64,000 nt of DNA. It comes from Candidatus Methanophaga sp. AG-394-G06 (GTDB lineage: Archaea > Halobacteriota > Syntropharchaeia > Alkanophagales > Methanospirareceae). The translations under genes and the position numbers were made by a program. The notes beneath the pieces were generated by a model. The model saw only the letters and a list, made by a program, of their open reading frames with translations. It did not search any database and was not told the origin of the DNA. Positions 20,351 through 30,309 of the stretch are shown here, in pieces. The stretch's first letter is position 1; the number at the start of each line of letters is the position of its first letter. The stretch spans positions 912 to 64,911 of the forward strand of contig PRCZ01000002.1 in NCBI GenBank assembly GCA_009903405.1, given 5' to 3'.

Positions 20351-21756
20351 ATGACAGATAAGCAGATCAAAGTTCTACTGATTGAGGATGAGCCTGGAGA
20401 CGCCCGCCTGATACGGGTGATGATGTCGAAAGCAGATGCCCCTACGTTCTCTATAGAGCATGTGGAGCGGCTCTTGACAGGGTTAGAGAGCGCCTCGCAG
20501 CAGGTAGGATAGATGTGATTCTGTTAGATCTCGGACTGCCGGACAGTTCGGGGTTGGACACCTTCATCAAGGTGCATGCTCACGTACCAGATGTCCCAAT
20601 TATAATGCTCACCGGTCTCGAGGATGCTACACTTGCAATTAAGGCTGTGCAAGGGGGTGCACAGGACTACCTGTACAAGAACAAACTGGATGGCGAGTTA
20701 CTGGTACGTGCCATACACTATGCCATTGAGCGCAAGAAGATGGAGGAAGCACTGCGAGAGAGCCAGGAGAAATTCCGTGCCCTGGTTGAGACAACCAGCG
20801 ACTGGATATGGGAAGTGGACCAAAAAAGCAGCTATACCTATGTCAGTCCGAGGGTCAAGGACCTGCTGGGATATGCACCTGAGGAAGTGCTCGGCAAGAC
20901 GCCTTTTGACCTGATGCCTTTCGATGAGGCGGAGCGCGTGTCCGGGTTATTCCAAGATATTGTTGATTCCGGAAAGCCTTATTTTAGTTTTGAGAACACC
21001 AACCAGCACAAGAACGGCCGATCTGTATTGCTTGAGACACGCGGAGTGCCTTTCTTTGATGCTGGCGGTGCGATTATGGGCTATCGGGGCATTGACCGCG
21101 ACATCACCAACCGCAAGCGAGCGGAAAACCAAATAAAGAAATCGCTAAAAGAAAAGGAGGTGTTGTTGCGAGAGATACATCATCGCGTGACGAACAACCT
21201 TCAAGTTGTTTCGAGCCTGCTCAATATGCAAGCACGAGCTGCTAAAGATAAAAACGTAAAGGATATACTCTTGGAATCCCGGAACCGGGTAAATAGTATG
21301 GCTCTTATCCATAGTCAATTATATGAAAGCGAAAGCTTATCAGAGATAGATATGAAGGACTTTATAAATAAATTGTTGGTGCAATTGTTCCAGAGTTATC
21401 CCGTTTCCGATACGAAAATCACTCCGATCGTTTATGTAGGGGATTATCCACTTCCAATATCTCTTGCAGTACCGGTGGGATTAATTGTGAATGAACTTTT
21501 GGCAAACGCATTTGAACATGCTTTTGTTAACAGGAAGGAAGGTAAGATAGAGGTTAGTCTCCGTAGATCGGAAAATGGCGTGCTTGATCTGACAGTCAGC
21601 GATGATGGCGTTGGATTACCTGAAGGATTTGATATCGATGCAAATGAAACACTTGGTTTGCGCGTGGTAAAAATCCTGGCTGAAGGTCAGTTAGATGGGC
21701 ATCTGGAGGTCATCAGTAAAGACGGGACAACATTTAAGATAGAATTTAAAATATAA
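20351..21756 (+). pseudogene. REC-PAS-HisKA_2 sensor histidine kinase with a 2-nt (AG) slippage frameshift near 20485-20490
   Basis: 20351 reads MTDKQIKVLLIEDEPGDARLI..GLE; removing one AG gives ERLAAGRIDVILLDLGLPD in frame with ORF 20515-21756 (PAS; EIHHRV.NNLQ; DDGVG; LGL). Confidence 0.8.
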
Positions 21757-21976
21757 AATGAAAAGCAATGGTGAGTTCAAGTATAGATTATTCGATATAT
21801 TTTGACGCTTATATCAACACCACCGGACCAATAAGGAATGAGACATGCTCATTTACAGAAGCGATAGCGATGATACTAGCACCATAGCGACAACACCATA
21901 ACAAGTCTTTAGGCATAAATAAGAGCAAGAAAAAAATAAATAAAAAAGAAAGAAAGAGGAAAAAAACAAACCTCTT

Positions 21977-22897
21977 CTATTCCATTAGTTTCTTAAGTGG
22001 TGGTATTATCCGGGGATACCCAACAGCCATCATGTGACATCCGGCAGCCGGTGTACCTTTCAGATGCTCCAGGAACCCGGTAAAGAATTCTATGTTTACC
22101 CTATCAACCTCTTCCTTCTTCTTCTCCTTGTCCTTTATCGCTTTCGTCGCCCTCATAGCCTCCAGATAATCCGGTGGCACATCCACACCCGCAACATATT
22201 TATCGAAGAAATCCGCCTGTCCGAAAGTCCTTGCCGGAAATATCCCCACCAGAATCGGGACATCTACTTTACCCAACTCGTCAAAGAACTTATCTAAGAC
22301 ATCAGTGTAGTAAACGACCTGCGTTTGTAGGTATTCCACGCCGGCATTGATCTTCCTCTTCACTTTTCCCACTTCCGCCTTCAAGTGTGCTGCTCCTGGT
22401 GCCGCGGCACCGCCCACATGCAGTTTCGGTGGGTTATGTATCTCATTGCCACCAAGGTCTTTGCCATCATCTACCATCGACCGTATCAGCTTTATAAGCG
22501 TGGTTGAGTCCAGGTCGAATACCGGCTTTGCATCTGGTGTATCTCCCAATGAAACGTGGTCGCCCGCTAACGCTAAGATATTCTTCAATCCTAAGGCACC
22601 TGCGCCAAGCACGTCTGATAGAAGCGCCATACGATTCCTGTCCGAACACCTCAACTGGTAAACGCATTCCATACCCGTCTCTTTCTGGATTAGATATGAC
22701 GCTGCCATACTGTTAACATAAGCGAAACTCTGTGGATTGTCCGTCACGTTACAGGCTACCACCATACCCACCAACTCTCTTGCCATCTCGATCGGCTCGT
22801 TGACGTCACCCGCTTTTTCCGGCTCTAACTCGCCTGTGAAGACGTACTCCCCCTCTTTCAACTCTCTCATCAAATCACTATACACTTCGTCACCCAT
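21977..22897 (-). CDS. metF: Methylenetetrahydrofolate reductase
   Basis: NVTDNP, CSDRNRMAL, LAGDH, VFDLDS, QTQVVY. Confidence 0.9.
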   Translation of the reverse strand: MGDEVYSDLMRELKEGEYVFTGELEPEKAGDVNEPIEMARELVGMVVACNVTDNPQSFAYVNSMAASYLIQKETGMECVYQLRCSDRNRMALLSDVLGAGALGLKNILALAGDHVSLGDTPDAKPVFDLDSTTLIKLIRSMVDDGKDLGGNEIHNPPKLHVGGAAAPGAAHLKAEVGKVKRKINAGVEYLQTQVVYYTDVLDKFFDELGKVDVPILVGIFPARTFGQADFFDKYVAGVDVPPDYLEAMRATKAIKDKEKKKEEVDRVNIEFFTGFLEHLKGTPAAGCHMMAVGYPRIIPPLKKLME

Positions 22898-22914
22898 TTT
22901 TTTATTCTCCTCCT

Positions 22915-23673
22915 TTATTCATCAAGCTTTGGCTTCGGGCCGAATGTAACAGCCATCATTCCCTTCATAGCACCTATACCGGCAGCCACATCAATCTTTA
23001 CTGGCTTTTCCATCTCGAACAGACGTGGTCTCTTCGTTTTACTCCATTCGTGTGGGTCTCGTATACTTGTGAATTTGTCGAGCTCATCAAGTTTCTCCAT
23101 TCGCTCATATATCTTCACCCAGGCGCAGTCCTTAGTCTCGTCTATTTCACATTTATTACCCTCTCGCACACCACCGCAAGGACCGTTCATCAATCCCTTT
23201 CCGCACGCGGTCAAAGGACAGATACCCGCTGTTTTGCCTAATTCGCACATTCCGCAGGACTGACATGTCTCCTTGAGATGGATAGGTCCACCACCTACAA
23301 GCCCTATTGCATCGTTTGCCGGTATTACTGACTTTGCAATCCCCATTTTCTCGTCCATGTAGTCGGCCACTACTTGCACACCACTACCACAACTCATCAC
23401 TAAAACAGCATCGCGATTCTCAAGCTCTTTTCGGTTCTTTTCCAGAAATACCCCACACTTCTCAATTTCACAAGCTTGAATACTGAACGGCAGGGGGATT
23501 TTGAAGACATCCTTCCCTTCTTTCGTAAGATTCTCGGCCAGCTCATTTACCGCTTTTGTGTCACCCGTACGATAGAATGTAGCACAGCCACCACAACCCA
23601 TTACTACTACCTTCTGTTTACCTTCGAGATAACCCAAAATCTCTTCCATAGGCTTCTGCTCTTGCGCAATCAT
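22915..23673 (-). CDS. metV: MTHFR small subunit MetV (Cys-rich)
   Basis: GCGGCA, SCGSGVQ, CQSCGMC..GICP.T.C.KGLMNGPCGG..CE..CAW; adjacent to metF. Confidence 0.9.
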   Translation of the reverse strand: MIAQEQKPMEEILGYLEGKQKVVVMGCGGCATFYRTGDTKAVNELAENLTKEGKDVFKIPLPFSIQACEIEKCGVFLEKNRKELENRDAVLVMSCGSGVQVVADYMDEKMGIAKSVIPANDAIGLVGGGPIHLKETCQSCGMCELGKTAGICPLTACGKGLMNGPCGGVREGNKCEIDETKDCAWVKIYERMEKLDELDKFTSIRDPHEWSKTKRPRLFEMEKPVKIDVAAGIGAMKGMMAVTFGPKPKLDE

Positions 23674-23741
23674 TTTTATACCTCCATTAATTATCTGGAG
23701 AACAGGAAGCTATATAAAAGTTTCTATTTTTACGTCCTAGC

Positions 23742-24416
23742 CTACAAATTTGGATTCATGAACAAAAGCATGTACAGCCCTATCAGCACCAGTATGACTC
23801 CCGAAATCCTTTTAATAATCACACTGTACTTATTAAGCGGTTTTAATGTGAATTGAGAGATATATGCAAGTGCAAGTAGCGGTATCCCCAACCCAAGCGA
23901 ATAGATAGCTAAAAGAATGGCTCCATAGAGTATGTTGCCCTCCACAGCCACAATCGCAAGTATCGCTCCTAGTATTGGACCGACACAGGGAATCCAGATA
24001 ATGCCCAGCGAAAAACCGAACATAAGACCTCCCGCGGTACTTCCCGCGTTTGTCATAGAGAATTTCGGGCTTAGCCCTGTACGTGGTATGATCCTGCGGA
24101 TATTTTGCTCTATTACATCAAAGAGCATACAGAGCCCCAAAAGTATGATTACTACCCCCCCTATTGTATAAAGCATAGTTTGATATTGTTGAAATACCGA
24201 TCCAAAGGCAGAAGCAAGCACCCCCATCAGAGTAAAAGAAGCGGATAGTCCGATAACGATTGTAATGGGTATATATTTGCCCGATTTGGTCGAATATGCC
24301 GCGATTAGCGGGATTACAGGAAGTATGCAAGGCGAAAAAACGCTTAATACGCCAAATGCGAAAGCGATAAGTGGTGACGGTGCACCCATCATTTCACATG
24401 TCTCCTCCGGGCCCAA
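23742..24416 (-). CDS. ccdA: CcdA/DsbD-like membrane disulfide reductase
   Basis: SVFSPCILPVIP and WIPCVGPILG motifs. Confidence 0.9.
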   Translation of the reverse strand: MGPEETCEMMGAPSPLIAFAFGVLSVFSPCILPVIPLIAAYSTKSGKYIPITIVIGLSASFTLMGVLASAFGSVFQQYQTMLYTIGGVVIILLGLCMLFDVIEQNIRRIIPRTGLSPKFSMTNAGSTAGGLMFGFSLGIIWIPCVGPILGAILAIVAVEGNILYGAILLAIYSLGLGIPLLALAYISQFTLKPLNKYSVIIKRISGVILVLIGLYMLLFMNPNL

Positions 24417-24925
24417 AGCCCGCAGATAAAGAGCGAGATCAGTGCGGTCACCACACCAAATCCGGGCGTCTGCTTTTGTGTTGTTTGCGGTGAATCTGAT
24501 GATTCAACTGCCTTCTGCATCTCTTGCACCAGCGTATCGGCATCGCGGTAGCCAACTGTACGATATACCTCTTCTCCCTGTGAGTTCGTGAATACAATTG
24601 CTGGGATGTAGCGAATACCATATTGTCTATCAAGCCCTCTTGAGCCGACAACAGGAACGAAATTTTTCGACATGTTAATCACCCGTGTATCGACAAGTTC
24701 ATCCGCCAGCATCGCGCACGCAGGGCATCCATCGCTAGAGAAGAGTATCATTGCTGGTTTGTTTTGGGACATTGCAATTTGCATACCTTCTTGATCATCA
24801 TGCCATGCTATTTCCGATTGTGCATTTACGCCCGCAGCAGCTAACATTACTATGATCAGTGCGGCGAAAACGAGTGCGGTTATATCTCTTCTCATTATTT
24901 CTATTACCCTCTTTAGTAACTGCAT
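24389..24925 (-). CDS. Extracytoplasmic thioredoxin with PGF-CTERM anchor
   Basis: Signal peptide, CPAC, YIP cis-Pro, C-terminal TPGF-TM-RRR. Confidence 0.85.
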   Translation of the reverse strand: MQLLKRVIEIMRRDITALVFAALIIVMLAAAGVNAQSEIAWHDDQEGMQIAMSQNKPAMILFSSDGCPACAMLADELVDTRVINMSKNFVPVVGSRGLDRQYGIRYIPAIVFTNSQGEEVYRTVGYRDADTLVQEMQKAVESSDSPQTTQKQTPGFGVVTALISLFICGLWARRRHVK

Positions 24926-24985
24926 CTTTTTGTTTATCGGTGTAGTATATATAAGATAAGTTTAACAAGGTTAATGGTATAGAAA

Positions 24986-25960
24986 GTGATAAAGACCATG
25001 ACACTACCCCTGCCGGATGTGCAAGCGAGCAGTCCAGACATAAAGATAAACTTGACGCGGGTGGGCGTAAATAACGTAAAGAAATTGGTAGAGGTAGCGA
25101 GGCCAAACGGTAAAAGACCGGTAATCCTCATATCCGAGTTCTACATCTATGTGGACCTTCCAAGCGATATAAAAGGTGCAAACCTGTCAAGAAATTTCGA
25201 GGCAATGTACGAAGTGCTGGAAGAAGCGCTTAACATGCCGATATATGAGGTGGAAGAGTTATGTAGTGAAGTAGCGAGGAGAGTACTCCAGCTCCACGAA
25301 TACGCTTCTACCGCCGAAGTAGGTATGAAATGTGAATATATGCTAAAAAGAAGAACGCCTGTAATGAAGATTTCCTGTCAGGAGCCTGCAACTATCTTCG
25401 CAGAGGCAAAAGCTTTTCGCACCGATAACAACGACGTGAGAATAAAGAAAACTATAGGCGCCGAGATTGTTGGGATAACCACCTGTCCATGTGCACAGGA
25501 ACTAATGAGGGATAAAGCCACGGAAGAGTTAACGAAGAGAGGGGTGGCCAAAGAGGATCTGGTCACTTTTTTGGATGCTGTGCCTTTAGCAACACATAAC
25601 CAGAGAGGTAGAGGTATATTATCCCTGGAAGTGAAAGATGATATAAAACTACCTCTGGGGCGGATAATAAGTATAATAGAGCAATCAATGAGTGCAAAAA
25701 CATACGAAATCTTGAAACGGCCAGATGAAGCGGAAGTCGTTGCAACTGCGCATAAAAAGCCCATGTTTGTTGAAGATTGTGTTAGGGCGATGGCGAAGCG
25801 AGTAGTAGAATCGTTTAATGAGCTTCCTGATGACTCTATCGTCTCCATAAAGCAGATAAACGAGGAGAGTATTCATCAGCATGACGCCGTTGCGGAGCGA
25901 ATTGCTTCTATCGGCGATCTGCGCAGGGAGCTAAAAGAAAGCGATGCCGGGGTGGCCTAG
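24986..25960 (+). CDS. mptA: GTP cyclohydrolase IV (methanopterin biosynthesis)
   Basis: LTRVGV, KGANLSRNFE, G.T.CPCAQ, THNQRG, FVEDCVR, ESIHQHDA. Confidence 0.93.
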   Translation: MIKTMTLPLPDVQASSPDIKINLTRVGVNNVKKLVEVARPNGKRPVILISEFYIYVDLPSDIKGANLSRNFEAMYEVLEEALNMPIYEVEELCSEVARRVLQLHEYASTAEVGMKCEYMLKRRTPVMKISCQEPATIFAEAKAFRTDNNDVRIKKTIGAEIVGITTCPCAQELMRDKATEELTKRGVAKEDLVTFLDAVPLATHNQRGRGILSLEVKDDIKLPLGRIISIIEQSMSAKTYEILKRPDEAEVVATAHKKPMFVEDCVRAMAKRVVESFNELPDDSIVSIKQINEESIHQHDAVAERIASIGDLRRELKESDAGVA

Positions 25961-26019
25961 TTGGTTAGGGCGCTGAACTCATAATTCAGAGGTCGCGGGT
26001 CCGAACCCCGCCCCCGGCA
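25946..26019 (+). tRNA. tRNA with CAU anticodon (probably elongator Met), overlapping the mptA 3' end
   Basis: GCCGGGG/CCCCGGC-A acceptor stem; anticodon arm CTGAA-CTCATAA-TTCAG; T-arm GCGGG-TCCGAAC-CCCGC. Confidence 0.88.
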
Positions 26020-26034
26020 TTATCTTTAATAATG

Positions 26035-27576
26035 CTATTTCTCTTTTTCCTTCACATAAATCGTATCCCCTTCCTTCAGCTTGCTGAGGAAAGACATAGT
26101 TGGTGGCGTGAGTGACGGAAATGAGAGAACCATATTAGCGCCATCGAAGGACTCCCCCGTGGGCCCATACTCTTTGCTGTCATCCAATCGTATACCCATT
26201 ACCCCGCAATTCGCTCTGGACATGTTTGTAACGCCAAGTATGCCCTTTTTAACTGCCCCTTTTGGCAAATTCTCGGGTACTAGTGTCCCGGCTTCATCGG
26301 AACTACCCTTAAATAAAATCAGCATACCAGGAACGCTAAAATGCACATTCAGCTTCCCTATTGGCCTATTAATCAATCCCGTGACCTTTCTGAAATACCA
26401 AAGAGTCCTTGGTGCTTCTTTATGAAATAATTCCACCTCAAGTACCGCCTCACTTTTGACTCCAACTGTCCTTACTGAACCAATATCCATAATATCCATT
26501 GTCAACGCTGGTGACTGGTCTACAACTACCGCATCATCATCAGTATTCCCCTCTCTCACTTGCTCAATGTTTTCACGCTCAAAAAACGCTTCTACTTCCT
26601 TTTGCGTATGCCCCACCATCATCATCCACTTCGGCTCAGTCATGGTGTAAACCGTATCACCCTGCTTTGCATAATCTATCAAGTCCCCGCCCTGGATTAT
26701 CTCGCCAAACACGTTATGGGATGTGTGCGGTAGTCTGTTCCCTTTATATGTATACACTTTCCCCTTCTCTGCGCCTTCATTTCTTACCGTCAGGTAATAT
26801 TTCGACCGATACTGAATATTCTCAATGGGTAAACTAAGCCCTTTTAGTGATTCAGAAGCTAAATAACTAGTCGTATAATCATCTATGTTGAAGGTACCAT
26901 CTCGCGTGAGTGATAAGAAGTGTTCACTTGACATTGGTGCTTCTTGAAGGAGTTTTACTTTTGCATAGGTGAATATCTCCTGCCCTTCTCCTATCTCGGT
27001 ATTCATGTCCGTAGTGACAAAGCCAACTCTCTCCGCCTTTGTCACGATAGGGTTTATCTCCTCTATTTCATCACCTTCGTCCAAATCAGAGATAATACTC
27101 CGTCCCCTCGTTAGTCTTCCAATTACGGCATCTGAGCCTGTACCATAAGCAGCTTCATGCGCTCGCTTACTTATCATTAAGTAGGTCATACCGGGATCAA
27201 AGCCGCCGAATCCAAAGAAGACATCCCACTTCTTGTAGCTATGCTCGCTTTTTTCAACACTTAGATTTGATTTAATGGGCCCAATAGCGGTTATAGCCTC
27301 ACTCTTCCACCCTATCTTGCCGCTTTCACTACACAACCTATTATAGACATCAAGGAAAAAAGAGATAGCTTTTGTTTCTTTTCCGCTAACAATCTTTAGC
27401 CTCGCCTCGCCTTTCGCTGTCTTCAATGAAAATTCATTTTTCAATTCGCTTCGCTCTTTCTCGGAGATAACCCCTATTATGCTGCCTTGTCTGTATGCCC
27501 CATCTAACTCTTCGATAATGTCGCCTAACCTCTTGCTTCTAACTTCTTGTGGCTCGCCATTAAAAGTAATTTTCAT
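26035..27576 (-). CDS. mmp3: Methanogenesis marker protein 3 (UPF0288)
   Basis: FGFGGFD, TVRNEG..KGKVY.Y, AP.T.WYFRKVTGL..PIGKL.VHF, GVTNMSR, YGPTGE.F. Confidence 0.85.
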   Translation of the reverse strand: MKITFNGEPQEVRSKRLGDIIEELDGAYRQGSIIGVISEKERSELKNEFSLKTAKGEARLKIVSGKETKAISFFLDVYNRLCSESGKIGWKSEAITAIGPIKSNLSVEKSEHSYKKWDVFFGFGGFDPGMTYLMISKRAHEAAYGTGSDAVIGRLTRGRSIISDLDEGDEIEEINPIVTKAERVGFVTTDMNTEIGEGQEIFTYAKVKLLQEAPMSSEHFLSLTRDGTFNIDDYTTSYLASESLKGLSLPIENIQYRSKYYLTVRNEGAEKGKVYTYKGNRLPHTSHNVFGEIIQGGDLIDYAKQGDTVYTMTEPKWMMMVGHTQKEVEAFFERENIEQVREGNTDDDAVVVDQSPALTMDIMDIGSVRTVGVKSEAVLEVELFHKEAPRTLWYFRKVTGLINRPIGKLNVHFSVPGMLILFKGSSDEAGTLVPENLPKGAVKKGILGVTNMSRANCGVMGIRLDDSKEYGPTGESFDGANMVLSFPSLTPPTMSFLSKLKEGDTIYVKEKEK

Positions 27577-27619
27577 AATGTTACATCTATTGTGAACATA
27601 ATTCTTAAACTTTTCCTTT

Positions 27620-28102
27620 TTGTTTCATAATTTATCTATGGAGAACTCGAAGACACAAATGGCGAAGATAAAGGTCAAAGTAAAGCAAATAGTCAAGAAC
27701 TTCCCCCTACCTGCTTATCAGACTGAAGACGCCTCAGGCTTAGATTTATATGCTGCTATTGGGGTCCCAATACTCATTCAACCCGGTGAGATAAAGCTTA
27801 TACCCACGGGTATAATGCTGTCTATCCCTTCTGGTTATGAGGGTCAAATTAGACCAAGAAGTGGCATAGCCTTAAAGTACGGGATTACCGTCTTAAATAC
27901 CCCCGGGACTATTGATGCGGATTACCGAGGGGAGGTGAATATTATCCTTATCAATATGGGCAAGCAAACCTTTCGGATTAATAGTGGCGATCGCATTGCT
28001 CAGCTTGTCTTCAATCGCGTAATAAAAGCGGAATTTGAGTTAGCGGAAGAGTTGGATGAAACTAGGAGGAATGATGGCGGATTTGGGCATACAGGGAATT
28101 AA
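27620..28102 (+). CDS. dut: dUTP diphosphatase (trimeric, bacterial-type)
   Basis: SGLDL, RPRSG, NTPGTIDADYRGE, RIAQL, R..GGFGHTG. Confidence 0.95.
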   Translation: MFHNLSMENSKTQMAKIKVKVKQIVKNFPLPAYQTEDASGLDLYAAIGVPILIQPGEIKLIPTGIMLSIPSGYEGQIRPRSGIALKYGITVLNTPGTIDADYRGEVNIILINMGKQTFRINSGDRIAQLVFNRVIKAEFELAEELDETRRNDGGFGHTGN

Positions 28103-28162
28103 AAATAGTGCATAAAAGCTTTATAATCTATCAAATCTTCACCTAAAGAGGATGCTAGGATA

Positions 28163-28199
28163 AGATAAAATAAAATAAAATAAAATAAGATAAAATAAA
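28163..28199 (+). repeat. (TAAAA)n pentanucleotide microsatellite directly before the thyX start
   Basis: AGATAAAATAAAATAAAATAAAATAAGATAAAATAAA. Confidence 0.8.
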
Positions 28200-28943
28200 A
28201 TGAAAGTGGAATTGCTTAGAGTAACAGAAGGCGGGATAGGTCTGGTTGCCGATGCGTCGAAGGTAAGCGGTGTTTCTTCGACACGCGGCGCAGAAGAGAT
28301 AATAGCGCTAAATGTAGATAACGATTATTCTTCGGTGCTAGAACATATCTATTTCACTTTTGACATATCTGAGATAAGCGTCGCTCTCAGTAGAGAACTA
28401 TTAGAGCACCGGATTGCCAGCCACACTGCGAGAAGCACGAGGTATATAGAAGAAAAGGGGTTTGGCTATTATCTTCCAGAAGAGTTAGAGCGGGAAGGGG
28501 CTGCAGCGGCGATTTACCGTGATGCTATGGCGAGTGCTAATGCGGCATACACAAAGTTGAGAGAGCTCGACATTGCGAGAGAACAGGCGAGATATGTATT
28601 ACCGCTGGCTTTGCATACTCATTATGTGGTAACGATGAATGTTCGCAGCTTGATAAACTTCTTCATGCTTAGGCTATGTGTGAGAGCGGCACCGGAAATC
28701 CGTGCGCTGGCCATGCGCATGTATAAAATATGTATGGAAGAATACCCTCTTATTTTCTCTTCGGTCTGGTGCAGGGGATTCACACTTGGTGTATGCCCCG
28801 AGAATGAAGTCAGACCCAAAGAATGCCCATTCAAAGGTATATTGCCGAAGAAGCGTGAAATAAAGGTTAAATTTGAGCGGCAAGCAAAGAGGATAATAGA
28901 GAAGGAACTGGCCACATACCAAAAAAAAGCTGATACTTTTTAA
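28200..28943 (+). CDS. thyX: FAD-dependent thymidylate synthase
   Basis: SVLEH, SRELLEHRIASHTARSTRY (variant RHRx7S), EQARYVLP, N.RSL.NF..LRLC..A..EIR. Confidence 0.85.
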   Translation: MKVELLRVTEGGIGLVADASKVSGVSSTRGAEEIIALNVDNDYSSVLEHIYFTFDISEISVALSRELLEHRIASHTARSTRYIEEKGFGYYLPEELEREGAAAAIYRDAMASANAAYTKLRELDIAREQARYVLPLALHTHYVVTMNVRSLINFFMLRLCVRAAPEIRALAMRMYKICMEEYPLIFSSVWCRGFTLGVCPENEVRPKECPFKGILPKKREIKVKFERQAKRIIEKELATYQKKADTF

Positions 28944-28969
28944 AGTCATAAAATCATCTTTAAACGAAC

Positions 28970-29719
28970 ATGGGAAAACTCGTGCGAATAGTGGAAGAAG
29001 GGGATGTGGCGTATAATAATCCTATCGTGCTAGAGGGGCTGCCGGATGTGGGGTTGGTGGGCACAATTGCAGCTTCTTACGCTGTGGAGAAGATGGGCTA
29101 TAAGGAGATAGGTTATATCGAATCAGATTTGTTTCCGCCTGTTATGGTAATACACAAGGGCAAATTGAAGAGTCCTTTTAGAATATATGGCAATGAAAGC
29201 GTAGTAATAGTGTTATCAGAAGTTGCGATACCGCCAAATGCTATTTATCCGTTGACTGAGGCTTTGGCCGATTGGTTCAAGGCTATTAACGCTAAACTCG
29301 TTATCTCGATAACCGGGCTGCCCGCGAAGGATAGGATGGATATAGAGAAGCCGGAAGTGTTTGCCATTGGTAACAACGAAGATGCGATGAAGAAGCTGGA
29401 GGCTAAGCAGGTGGATCTACTGGAGGAGGGGTTTATCGCTGGGACTTACGCAATAATGCAACGGGAATGCAGCAAGAAGGATTTGAGTGCTATTTCCTTG
29501 CTTGCTCAGTGCTACCCCGTATATCCCGACCCAGGTGCGGCAGCATCGGTAATAGAAGCCCTTGAGAAATTCTTAGAATTAGGCATAGATGTGGCGGAGT
29601 TAAATGAACGTGCAGAGGAAATAAAACTAAAAGCTCGAGACCTTATGCGTCAAACAGCACTCTCTGCTCCAGAGATGCAAAAGGAGGTGGAGCAGGACAT
29701 ACCCTTCATGTATCAGTAA
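28970..29719 (+). CDS. Proteasome assembly chaperone (PAC2) family protein
   Basis: EGLPDVGLVG.IA, PFRIY, PDPGAA, C-terminal MY motif. Confidence 0.9.
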   Translation: MGKLVRIVEEGDVAYNNPIVLEGLPDVGLVGTIAASYAVEKMGYKEIGYIESDLFPPVMVIHKGKLKSPFRIYGNESVVIVLSEVAIPPNAIYPLTEALADWFKAINAKLVISITGLPAKDRMDIEKPEVFAIGNNEDAMKKLEAKQVDLLEEGFIAGTYAIMQRECSKKDLSAISLLAQCYPVYPDPGAAASVIEALEKFLELGIDVAELNERAEEIKLKARDLMRQTALSAPEMQKEVEQDIPFMYQ

Positions 29720-29791
29720 GTAAGTAAGTAATAAAAATTTAGTAACAATAAAACGTTATAATGTTATGGGCGGTGGGAGAAAGGTACAGAC

Positions 29792-30157
29792 ATGGAGATA
29801 GAAAGAGGGGTAATAAAGGCGATGTGGGGATGTGAAGGCAATTTAGAGCCATTATACGATGTAGAAGATAAAGGGTCTGAGATACTTGTTACTTTTGACT
29901 TGCCTCGAGTGAAGAAAGAAGACGTAGAAATAAATACAACAGAGGATACCGTAGAGGTAATAGCGAAGATGAGCAATAGCGTTTGCTGGGAGCGGTGGGG
30001 TGGTATCCAGAAGCGAATAACATTTCAGGCATTCAAGAAGCAGATACGGTTTCCGGTGCACATAGAACCGGAAAAAGCAACTGCTTCGTTCAAAAACGGA
30101 ATACTTAGAATCAATTTACCTAAAATGAGAAGAGCCGTATTGATAGGCATAGATTAA
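29792..30157 (+). CDS. Small heat shock protein (Hsp20)
   Basis: DLPRVKKEDVEI, A.FKNGIL.I.LPK. Confidence 0.9.
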   Translation: MEIERGVIKAMWGCEGNLEPLYDVEDKGSEILVTFDLPRVKKEDVEINTTEDTVEVIAKMSNSVCWERWGGIQKRITFQAFKKQIRFPVHIEPEKATASFKNGILRINLPKMRRAVLIGID

Positions 30158-30205
30158 AACTTTTGTGTTGTATAATAACGTACAACTTCCACCTATTTAA
30201 TTTAG

Positions 30206-30251
30206 GACGCAGATTTACACAGATTTAATTTCTTCTGTGTTAATCTGTGTC
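30206..30251. repeat. Short inverted-repeat element, ACACAGAT family
   Basis: GACGCAGATTTACACAGA ... TCTGTGTTAATCTGTGTC; same units as 3253-3348; between convergent genes. Confidence 0.7.
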
Positions 30252-30309
30252 AATAATTAATTTTGGTTGGCTATTATGCTTTCTTGTGAGTACACCGAAT
30301 AATAGACAG

